DNA of 39,783 nucleotides, from positions 1 through 39,783 of the IMG/VR virus record IMGVR_UViG_3300032303_002095; one strand, given 5' to 3'. This document shows, piece by piece, positions 26,901 through 34,515 of this stretch. Position 1 is the stretch's first letter. Each line of letters opens with the position of its first letter. Origin of the DNA: a virus. Taxonomy: Duplodnaviria; Caudoviricetes. The translations under genes and the position numbers were made by a program. The notes below the pieces were generated by a model. That model was given only the letters and a program-made list of their open reading frames with translations, ran no database searches and was not told the origin of the DNA.

Positions 26901-29900
26901 TAAGTTTTTCAAGATCTCCAGTAGCAACCCAGTCTAACTTGCCTGGGTCAAGTGCATCTTCGGCTCTAGTAATTGCAACATAGGCAATGTCAAGCTCATC
27001 CTCTGTAAATGCCTTATTTCGAGCATCTGCACTCTCTCGAGGGTCAAAATAGTCTCTCCAAAGCTTAACGCGCTTTCCTTCAAGACCTTTTGCAGAGTGA
27101 GCTGTCATAAACCTAATAGCAATATCTTCACCATTTAAGATAGAGACAAGTTTTTGTAGCTGTTTTTCAAAATTTGCCTCTACGTTTTTTGCAAATCGTG
27201 TAGTGGTTTTACCTGGGGCATATTCAAAATCTTCTTTTTCATAACCAAGTCTTTCAAGAATTGCTTTGTTATCCCAAACACCACTTCCATATTGATTATT
27301 AAATCTACTATTTGAAAGAATTACCTTGTCTTTAACTTTCTCAAATGAGATGTTTCCTCCAATAGAACCTTCGGATTCAATGGTAGCAGGGGACTTGAAT
27401 GTTTGTCGCTGAAGGCTAAGTTTTTCCACCATAGCAATAATCTCTTCAATAGCTTCCGAGTCCTTCTTTAGCCTTGAGGTACTCTTTACTTGGTAAATAA
27501 GGTTTCTATATACTTTAAGTTCTTTATCTTGCGAAGCAGCAGCTAAGAACATGTCCCAAGTTAGGAAGTTAGCAAGTTCTGGCGGGATTACTTTAGGTCT
27601 GTACTGAGGATTAGCCCCATATCTGAGCCACTTAAGAGCTTTCATATTCTCTAAAATACGTTTTTTAAAGTTAATGGTTGTTCCAAAGATTACAGACTCT
27701 CCCTGAAGAATACGGAACTCATACAAAGCCTCAACGATACCAGCATTTGTTCTAGTTAGTAGGAGGTCTGGGTCAAGCATTGTTCCAGGTTCAAGAATTT
27801 CAGTAGTCTTTTTTGGATTACCAGTTAAGTCTTTATCATTTCCCAAGAATTTTAAGATTTTGTTAGCAATCTTAGCGAGCTCCGGACCAAATCTCCAACT
27901 TTGAGTTAGTGGTAGCTTGTAGTCAGTTTTGATAATCTCAAAAGCATTTACAGTTCCGCGGAATCTATACATTGATTGATTTCTATCACCGATAATCAGG
28001 AATTTAATGTCTGCGTTGTGTAGATCTTGCTGATCGGCAAGAATTCCACCAAGAACTTCATTAATATCCTGTGCCTCGTCAAGAATAATTAAATCTGGAG
28101 CTCCACTTCTAATCCCATTAGGACTCTTATTATCTGATTTAATTTCTTTTAGGTTAGGGTGAGTAAGCGCCCAGTTTTTTGTCATCATATTGAAATCAAT
28201 TTGAAGCTGGGGGCCCTCTGTATCTAGTGAGTCAGTAGCATCTTTCCACATTCTACCAATTAGGTCAGTGTAGAAGAAATAGTCTTCATAGTTTTCTGGA
28301 GCGTAATCCCCCATTTCTTCAATCATATCGATATGCCGAACATTGGGTGCAGCATCGGAAGATAGTAGCCAATTTCTAAAGGCAGAAACTAGAATACGCT
28401 CTGCAGTCAGTCTAGGGGCATTTTTTGGAAATCCGCTGGGGGTATCAAGTCTTTGAGGGAGAGTTGGGAGTTTAGGAGTTCCAGGGTTAAGAAGTTGGTG
28501 TGCGACATATATCTCATCAAAAAGCTCTCTCATATCAGATTTAGTGGCTTTTTTTAACCACTCTGAAATAGCTTCTGGATCTTCTGTACCAATAAGTCTT
28601 GCGACAGCAGCAAGTCTATTTTCTTTAGACATTGCTACTTGGTAGTCTTTATCAGACATATCGATGTTTGCATCGTTACTCTCAAAGAACCCAAAGAAGT
28701 CCATAAGAGCTCCAGGAATACGGAGGTTTACTCGTGCTTGATAGCTAGCAGTTAGTTTTGGCTGCTCATCAAATCTTGCTGACATAGTTTTATTTGCATC
28801 AGTAGATTTAGAGACAGAGTCAGAAGTTCTTGATTCAACAAATTTTGGCATTCTACGTTCAGCATCAAGTTGAGTTTCTTTACCAAATACTAAGTTAAGA
28901 ATTTTTGCTTTTGGATTTAGCTTTTTATATGCGCTGGATAGAATAACTGCAAGTGAGGTCTTACCAACACCTGCATATGCCTCGGCACTAACGCTCTTTT
29001 CATTGAGGATAGCGTTAATAATTTGTCGGCCCTCATCAGTTGGAGGGTATGGTAGGTCGAGTTCTTTCTCAATTTCACTAAATAAGTCAGGAAGGTCGGT
29101 AATGCTGGGGACAACATTCTTCTTTGATCGTCTAGCTGCCATTTTATCAATTTCTGGCTTGCCGGCTGGGAACCCCCCTTGAGGAAGACTATCAGCAATG
29201 TCTGAGTTAGCATCGAGAAGGTCAAACTGATCAATAGCATTTTTAAGTCTAACAATCAATCCGTTTGCAGCATTAGTAGAATAGGCCTTTGTTTTTACAG
29301 CAGACTTATAGGCTTCAGCAATCTCACTTGTAATTCCCTTTTTAAAGAGTAGTTGATCAACTAAACTGAGAATAGTTGAATAGTGTTCTTGGTTGGCTCC
29401 GTCAAGATTTGAAGACTCTAAAACTATAAGATTAGCGGCTTTTTTAAGATATACATTTTCAGCATAGCTTAGGATAACTTCACCGACGTTAGGGCTAAAT
29501 CCCAGAACTCTTGCCACCTGGTCCGAGGACCCCTCGTTGACGTTCATACCGTAGTCAAGAAGCACACCATTTCTTGAAAGATAGCGATTAGTCACAGGGC
29601 TAAGCATCTGAGCAGGGGTTTGCTCTAAGTTAAATTTTTGTGCTCTTTCTCCACCAACAGCAGCATAGTTTACAAGAAGATTTCCACCAGGAATAAGTCC
29701 GACAACTTGACCAATTCGGCCATCACTAATGTTATATGCATATGTTCCTCCAGGGAGGTTCTTAATCGTAGCTGGAACAGGAGTAATAATAGCTTCACGG
29801 TTATCACTAGAAATTGTAAGATTATCATTCATGGACTTAAAGTCCGAGAACATTTGATTTTCAATTTCTTGAGGGTCTAGTCCTTGTAAAGATAAAATTC

Positions 29901-32900
29901 TTTTGTATCGACTAATCCAGTAAGCCACTGCTCTATCTTGATATTCAGTAATTGCAGAGTCATACTTTTCTTGGTCCCAGCCATTGAGAGATTTATCGTA
30001 CGAGAACTCTTTTCCAGTAAGGGCAAGACCTCTTTGCGCACGATCAAGCATCCGGTTGAGGACATCAACGGTAGAAGCTACGTCAGCATCGGCTTCGTGG
30101 CGACCATTATTGGAAAGTCCAAAGTAGGTAACAAGAGATTCAAGAGTGTGCGCTGCGCGCTGTTGACCATTGACTACCTTATACGGCGCATCTGGGTTTT
30201 CGGGAGACCACTTAGGCATCATGTGTCGAGCAAGCCCAAGAGTATCAATATATCCTGAAGAGTTCAGACCGTCTAAGCCAGCTTGCTTCATTGTCCGATC
30301 AAGGACCTCTTTATCAAAAACATAGAAGTTGTGCCCACCAATAATTGATCCTTGAGGTATGAAGTCCATGACCTGCTGCATGACTTCCTTTTTTGTGGGA
30401 AATTTTGATAAGAATTCAGGAGTAACTTTTCCGCCCTGGCCATCACCGACACCATTTAATGTATAAGCACTAAGCTTTGATTCAGGATTGATATATGTCG
30501 AGAATACATCTACAACTTGTAGGTTTTTAACTTTAGAGATAGCAATCTGAATGGGGTCATTCTTAATCTCTGGATCATCAAGATCAACGAGTCCAGTTGT
30601 TTCAAAGTCAATAATATAGAATTCGGATGCCTTTAGAAGAGAGACAACATCGTCCCATGTGGTTGCTCCCTTGAGCACATCAAAAGCTGGCCCCGCAAAG
30701 GTTGGTGGGTCAACGTAAGGGCTTCTTGGCTTATCAACCTGAGTTGGGATAGAGACCATTTTATCAATCTCTGAAGCAAGGTTCTGATCTTCGGGGGTTC
30801 CAGCAAAAATACCAGCTTTGTATAGGCCAACAAGATCTAGAACGGCAGATTTAGCTCTAGCGAGAGCGTCCCTATCTGATGCTTTCTTGCTCTTAAGGGT
30901 TCCGTAGATTCCAGGAGCATCAGTTCTAATTGTAAGGAGCCCCTCAGCAATTTGCTCAAGTCTGTCATTCAATTCTCGAGGAGTCAAAAGCGGGTTGCGA
31001 CGTCCAAGGTGCATGGTGTAGTGAATGACATTCAAGTCGTTATTTGCAGCCTGCAAGATTTTACGAGCACCGACACTAAGTCTATCGGGCATAAGTTCAT
31101 AGAAATCTGCAAAGACACTGAAGACACTACGAATACCAGCGCGAAGGCGTGCAAGATCTGCTCGGAGAGCTTGTCCAGCTAAGAACTCATCATTGACAAT
31201 AATTGAATCTTCGTCTGGCGTAGAAACAATAACGTTTACAGCCTCGATGGGTGCTCCGGCTTCTAGAGCTTTATTAATCTCTTCTTCCGTTGGACCGAGC
31301 CACTTACCGGGGAACTTTGGTGTATAACCTTCAGGGATTTCAACAAGGCGCTTTCCTTCTGCACCATTGCGAAGTCCTTCAACCTCGTATCCCTTTTTAA
31401 TTGACTGCTCTAGAATATGCTTATCGTGAGCATTTTCAATTTCTTTATACTTATCTAAATACTTAGTAGAAACCTCTTCCCGAGTCATATCTGGGATGGC
31501 TTTTACCATATCTTCCCACTCTGCGGCATCACTAATTAAGTTTCTAAAGCGCATGCGCTCAAGGGCACGAAGCATTCTTGGGGTTGGAGTTGTTTTTCCG
31601 CCTTCAGGAAGGTTTGACGACAAGACACCTACTGCACTATACTTTTTACGGTTAGGTAGTGCCTGAAGGGTGTCAATCATTTCTTTAATTATTTTTCGAG
31701 GCTGATTTGGAATAATATTTGTAAGGCGACTAATTTCATCAGCAGAAATATCTTTGTTCTCAAATAAGAACTCAATCATTGCAAGCATTGCATCACTAGG
31801 GATAAAACCCTCTTGAGTCATATTAGTAAAAAGGTAGTTTGGTTTTAAGTTAGCAGTAGTAGCAGTTATAGCTGTGCTTGAGCTATTAGCCGAGGAGTTT
31901 GGGGCAGCTCCAATTGCTTTCTGAAGTTCGGTGATTGTATTTGATGCCTCTCGGGCCCAATACCCAAGATAGCTAGATCTAATTGAGTTCAGTTTTTCTT
32001 CAGGAAGAGCATTTCCAACACGACTAAGTAGTTTTTCAATGAGAGATTTTTGAGCAGGTGTAATTCGACCTCTTTGCCCAACTTTAGATTCAGCGGGGCT
32101 TGTTGGACCGCTAGGTTTTCCATTATCTACGGGAGTGGACACATCTTCAGATGGCTTAGTCCCATTAATCAGATAGAAGAGACGGCGAGCTTCAGCATTT
32201 GTGTAGTCTTCTCTATTATCCCTAATAGCATCATATGCGCGTCGCATTTCTGGGCTGTGGTTCGGGTTGGCGAATAAGAGCTTACGAAGAGCAGTAAATC
32301 TACTTCCCGTGACAGGAGCATCTGGGTCTTCACCAACTAGTCGAATAGCATTCTTATCTTCTTCTGTTGGTGTAAGAAGTTCGTGTACATCAAATCCTGT
32401 TGGAGATCCAACACCATCTTTAAGGAAGTTAAGGACGTCAATAGTATCCTGAAGTAAGTCAAAAGATAGGTTGCGGTAATTATCTGCTACCTGATTTTTA
32501 CTAACCCCTTCTTTACCTCCAATTTTAATTCCATTATCTGGGAAATTAACAACAGCAAGGAGGTCACGAATAATCTGACGTCGAGCAGCACTGAGCTTTC
32601 CGTAGCTTGTTTCATTTCCACGGGACTCGGCTCGGTCGGGCTGCTTATTGAATATACCAAGAAGTTTGCGTGCCTGCTGAGTGATGAAGTTATCACGTGA
32701 TGTTGCCATCTCATCAAAAATGTCGACCATTTCAGGAGTAAGCTCTTTTTGATCATACTTTTTGTGTAGAGTTGAGAAAAGAGCAGCACTAATTGGGTCA
32801 GTTGCTCCCTTAATAGAAAGGTCTTTTTCGCTCATGGCAACTAGCTCTTCACGCCCAGGAGTTAGGTCTTCACGCTTTGGGGAAATTCTATCCAGATCAT

Positions 32901-34515
32901 TGTCTGGAATTTCAGTTGGGTTAGATCGAATAGCTGTAACTAACTCTTCTACACCGTCCCAGTTAAAGACAACACCAATAGTTTCATTAGTAGCAAAATC
33001 AGTAACTTCAAATACGTTATCTAGATGTACTGGCTCCCCCGTGTCACTGATAGTGAAAAGAGCTCGTCCAAAACGTGCCTGATATCCGCTATAAGGATCA
33101 ATAAATACATTGGGAAGATTTTCAATCCAGTTCTTGGGCTTGTTAGCTCTAGGGTCTGAGACAAAAGCATTTTCAACATCTTCGTCTACTTCTTCAGGCT
33201 TTGGAGCTTCTTCATCTTTTGGTGCCATTCTGTCAAGTGGGACGGGGCTTGGTCCTCTATCAACTTCTGGAAGGGGCTCGTTCTCTGCCTCCGGGTACGC
33301 CGTATCTTCTTCATTTGCAAGTTTTTGTACGGATGCCCAGTCCTGAGCGTATCCAACAACTTCAGTTTGACCTCGCTTAGTTGAAATAAGCTCGTAAACA
33401 GGGAAATCAGGGCTTAGAGTGTCAGTACCAGATGAGCTAATTACCTGTGAATTAAAAATTTCTCGAGCGTCAGATACACGCTTGGCAATTGCGCGTCCTT
33501 CGTTCTCGTTTTCAAAGTAGTTTGCTCTATATCCATCTCCAGTTGCATAAGTCTTCTTTGGAGCCATTTTATCAATACCGGGAACCTCTACAGAGGACCG
33601 TGACTCGAACCAGCTAGTTGGGAAGTCCTTACGACGAAGCGTAGCAAGGTCGATGTATTGGACATTTTTTCCTGGAGGAACGTCAATATATTTAGCAATT
33701 GCGTGCTCGGGGAGAATAGCTTTAAAAGTGTGAGAAATATTGGAAGGAATGGTGTAGATACCATTTTTGAGACCTTTAACATCTGTAACCTCAACATCGA
33801 TACCTTCGGGGTCATTTTCAGGAAGGCCAGCAATTTTACCAACAATAGATAAAAGTCTTCCGTTAGGAAGTCGTCCATAAAATCGAACTCCACCGCCCAT
33901 CTCAGCGAATTGACCCTCGTCATCACGACGCTGCTTATTTGCACGCATTGCGCGGTGCCAGAAGCTGTTTTTTCCGGCATAAGGGTCACCAAATGCTAAG
34001 AGTGGTGTAATTAGGAGGTCTGATGGAACTTGACCTTCTCCAAGGGCCTGAAGGCGCGTCAGGTGATAGGTGCGTTCAATAGAGAATGGGTTACTAGCAT
34101 AGACAGCAGCAACAATTGCACGTGCTTCATCTGAAGCAATCCGTGGGTCGGCTGCAAGCCACTCAGCTTGAAGAGAGCGAACGGTATCAAAAGAAAGATC
34201 GGCTTGCTTCTTAGAATATGGGTTAGAGATTGGTAAAAGATCTGCGTGCTTAGCGGATCCGCTAGCTGTAATCCCCTGAGTAGCTAGAGTAATGAAGTTA
34301 TTAACTTCACGAAGGGTGTTAAAGAACTTTACGTCGCTATCAAAATCAGAATAGAACTCGAGAGCTCGTTCAGCAACTTGAAAAAGAGTCTCCTCATCAA
34401 CCATGCGTGCCCTGGGGGTCTCAACACTGGTTGACTCGAGAATGTCAATAATGGCGTGCTTAAGATTTAGCTCGTCACCAAACTCTGCATCAAATGCATC
34501 AACTAAACTGCTCAC
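23938..34515 (-). CDS. Giant polyvalent protein A (3525 aa): DEDDh 3'-5' exonuclease, UvrD-like SF1A helicase, ArdC-like ssDNA-binding + zincin, DnaG-type TOPRIM primase
   Basis: Uninterrupted 10.6-kb ORF with GTGA overlap to the upstream gene. Exonuclease IDFETTG, GHN..FD, HEADAD; helicase AYAGVGKTS, LDEAQD, GDRNQSMYRFRG, LTQSWRFG, TAHSAKGLE, YVAITRA; ArdC LPWQKPW..YRRFN.L.L and LAHEFTHST..EELVAE; primase RIVFPI, FVGRS, VEGQMDV, ATSGT, FDPDNAG, DPAE. Confidence 0.88.
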   Translation of the reverse strand: MSSLVDAFDAEFGDELNLKHAIIDILESTSVETPRARMVDEETLFQVAERALEFYSDFDSDVKFFNTLREVNNFITLATQGITASGSAKHADLLPISNPYSKKQADLSFDTVRSLQAEWLAADPRIASDEARAIVAAVYASNPFSIERTYHLTRLQALGEGQVPSDLLITPLLAFGDPYAGKNSFWHRAMRANKQRRDDEGQFAEMGGGVRFYGRLPNGRLLSIVGKIAGLPENDPEGIDVEVTDVKGLKNGIYTIPSNISHTFKAILPEHAIAKYIDVPPGKNVQYIDLATLRRKDFPTSWFESRSSVEVPGIDKMAPKKTYATGDGYRANYFENENEGRAIAKRVSDAREIFNSQVISSSGTDTLSPDFPVYELISTKRGQTEVVGYAQDWASVQKLANEEDTAYPEAENEPLPEVDRGPSPVPLDRMAPKDEEAPKPEEVDEDVENAFVSDPRANKPKNWIENLPNVFIDPYSGYQARFGRALFTISDTGEPVHLDNVFEVTDFATNETIGVVFNWDGVEELVTAIRSNPTEIPDNDLDRISPKREDLTPGREELVAMSEKDLSIKGATDPISAALFSTLHKKYDQKELTPEMVDIFDEMATSRDNFITQQARKLLGIFNKQPDRAESRGNETSYGKLSAARRQIIRDLLAVVNFPDNGIKIGGKEGVSKNQVADNYRNLSFDLLQDTIDVLNFLKDGVGSPTGFDVHELLTPTEEDKNAIRLVGEDPDAPVTGSRFTALRKLLFANPNHSPEMRRAYDAIRDNREDYTNAEARRLFYLINGTKPSEDVSTPVDNGKPSGPTSPAESKVGQRGRITPAQKSLIEKLLSRVGNALPEEKLNSIRSSYLGYWAREASNTITELQKAIGAAPNSSANSSSTAITATTANLKPNYLFTNMTQEGFIPSDAMLAMIEFLFENKDISADEISRLTNIIPNQPRKIIKEMIDTLQALPNRKKYSAVGVLSSNLPEGGKTTPTPRMLRALERMRFRNLISDAAEWEDMVKAIPDMTREEVSTKYLDKYKEIENAHDKHILEQSIKKGYEVEGLRNGAEGKRLVEIPEGYTPKFPGKWLGPTEEEINKALEAGAPIEAVNVIVSTPDEDSIIVNDEFLAGQALRADLARLRAGIRSVFSVFADFYELMPDRLSVGARKILQAANNDLNVIHYTMHLGRRNPLLTPRELNDRLEQIAEGLLTIRTDAPGIYGTLKSKKASDRDALARAKSAVLDLVGLYKAGIFAGTPEDQNLASEIDKMVSIPTQVDKPRSPYVDPPTFAGPAFDVLKGATTWDDVVSLLKASEFYIIDFETTGLVDLDDPEIKNDPIQIAISKVKNLQVVDVFSTYINPESKLSAYTLNGVGDGQGGKVTPEFLSKFPTKKEVMQQVMDFIPQGSIIGGHNFYVFDKEVLDRTMKQAGLDGLNSSGYIDTLGLARHMMPKWSPENPDAPYKVVNGQQRAAHTLESLVTYFGLSNNGRHEADADVASTVDVLNRMLDRAQRGLALTGKEFSYDKSLNGWDQEKYDSAITEYQDRAVAYWISRYKRILSLQGLDPQEIENQMFSDFKSMNDNLTISSDNREAIITPVPATIKNLPGGTYAYNISDGRIGQVVGLIPGGNLLVNYAAVGGERAQKFNLEQTPAQMLSPVTNRYLSRNGVLLDYGMNVNEGSSDQVARVLGFSPNVGEVILSYAENVYLKKAANLIVLESSNLDGANQEHYSTILSLVDQLLFKKGITSEIAEAYKSAVKTKAYSTNAANGLIVRLKNAIDQFDLLDANSDIADSLPQGGFPAGKPEIDKMAARRSKKNVVPSITDLPDLFSEIEKELDLPYPPTDEGRQIINAILNEKSVSAEAYAGVGKTSLAVILSSAYKKLNPKAKILNLVFGKETQLDAERRMPKFVESRTSDSVSKSTDANKTMSARFDEQPKLTASYQARVNLRIPGALMDFFGFFESNDANIDMSDKDYQVAMSKENRLAAVARLIGTEDPEAISEWLKKATKSDMRELFDEIYVAHQLLNPGTPKLPTLPQRLDTPSGFPKNAPRLTAERILVSAFRNWLLSSDAAPNVRHIDMIEEMGDYAPENYEDYFFYTDLIGRMWKDATDSLDTEGPQLQIDFNMMTKNWALTHPNLKEIKSDNKSPNGIRSGAPDLIILDEAQDINEVLGGILADQQDLHNADIKFLIIGDRNQSMYRFRGTVNAFEIIKTDYKLPLTQSWRFGPELAKIANKILKFLGNDKDLTGNPKKTTEILEPGTMLDPDLLLTRTNAGIVEALYEFRILQGESVIFGTTINFKKRILENMKALKWLRYGANPQYRPKVIPPELANFLTWDMFLAAASQDKELKVYRNLIYQVKSTSRLKKDSEAIEEIIAMVEKLSLQRQTFKSPATIESEGSIGGNISFEKVKDKVILSNSRFNNQYGSGVWDNKAILERLGYEKEDFEYAPGKTTTRFAKNVEANFEKQLQKLVSILNGEDIAIRFMTAHSAKGLEGKRVKLWRDYFDPRESADARNKAFTEDELDIAYVAITRAEDALDPGKLDWVATGDLEKLSTHVFADEGGDAAPQQAEIDRMSSKISVDDAYKKQTQREIESARSSIEYEKKQLALPVAKRQNNATDFELNEIISSAEERIKKMEQNPLFQKQLDEDLVSQFEDLKRAAFDGSLTEDQVDFLIENRIMGMPRSDDRPTAKIAFIDKLTERFIEASNRLAGGPLSAIDKMSSSGGDNVDLDDPEESVPTTEDPVDDTILSGYRSDNQKFAEQMGQQMVDAIKKTKKLPWQKPWSAEGTLPTSGATGKVYRRFNLLWLNMVSEWYGYKGTRWYTENNIKKLGGYLDADARGHTIAYVQTVKKKETQKTLIPDPSDSSKTIEKTEEVDKSYAKIGSYMVYNEDFIRGITLPPAIVRDPVSALEAEQILFDSYKDHPPVINRKIDRGYWSPVDDEIHLAQRDMFASAEAYFSTLAHEFTHSTNHPDRLNNRKDAMENYGTHIESRAREELVAEIGAAMLSQIFNVEVTYDNSVSYVESWLEALENDPAMVMEAATLSGQAVEYMLGGYWLSIEKGLVEADSSPDYVPAEAIGAATGEISGIDGEFNGLGGGVNYRIEGNQVILLGNTKAFKDEIKSSSVDNNGRQFKFFWHGKSGTWRVSFAGDDADGKRIEILKDLRDRIAQKGSEGTAESTIDKMAAKVAGEDNDPLKERIYAVNQATADYYHNNFMTASAYSPAVKYFLGRGLKKEDAVKFQVGRVIGQTKGGGWNSLIKHLTEKGFSQEEIIASGVVGSSEKNNLLYDALVIGSTGDDRIVFPIKDADGRVVSFVGRSINDQDNAKYAFAKTSPVFSKGNALFGIDVARKGIESRNQVIFVEGQMDVLAMHAAGIDNAVATSGTEFSKGHLNIINSLVSKNDNQAEIVFFFDPDNAGQNAAIKAFKTTQDSGHYITKVSSRKTGGMDPAEIYKTGGSDALRSVLSGRASLESTVMMDAFIPYAYGERTEENLNNLVGMIAAINSPSVREEYMRLYAESLGMSYNELKQLVDAAIQRR

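Noticed and set aside
10961-33576. DKM motifs as DNA-level signals (internal starts, fused gene junctions TGA-TAA-ATG, or TTGACA -35 boxes)
   Set aside because: There is no consistent Shine-Dalgarno upstream, codons vary synonymously, and one copy has Ile instead of Met, so a protein-level motif fits better. Internal initiation is not fully excluded without ribosome profiling.
16541-34350. DFDND (~16555) and DFDSD (~34340) as DxDxD motifs of a virion RNA polymerase
   Set aside because: Neither has the surrounding double-psi beta-barrel motifs; both lie within segments explained by other domains.
9137-34515. Giant ORFs as tape measure or tail fibre proteins
   Set aside because: They lie in the head module upstream of the capsid and tail genes, contain catalytic motifs and lack tape-measure periodicity or hydrophobic segments.
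9137-34515. Inteins or stop-codon reassignment explaining ORF size
   Set aside because: No recognisable intein splice-junction or LAGLIDADG blocks interrupt the helicase or primase motifs. The ORFs are open in the standard code, and TAG, TGA and TAA all serve as stops in the window.
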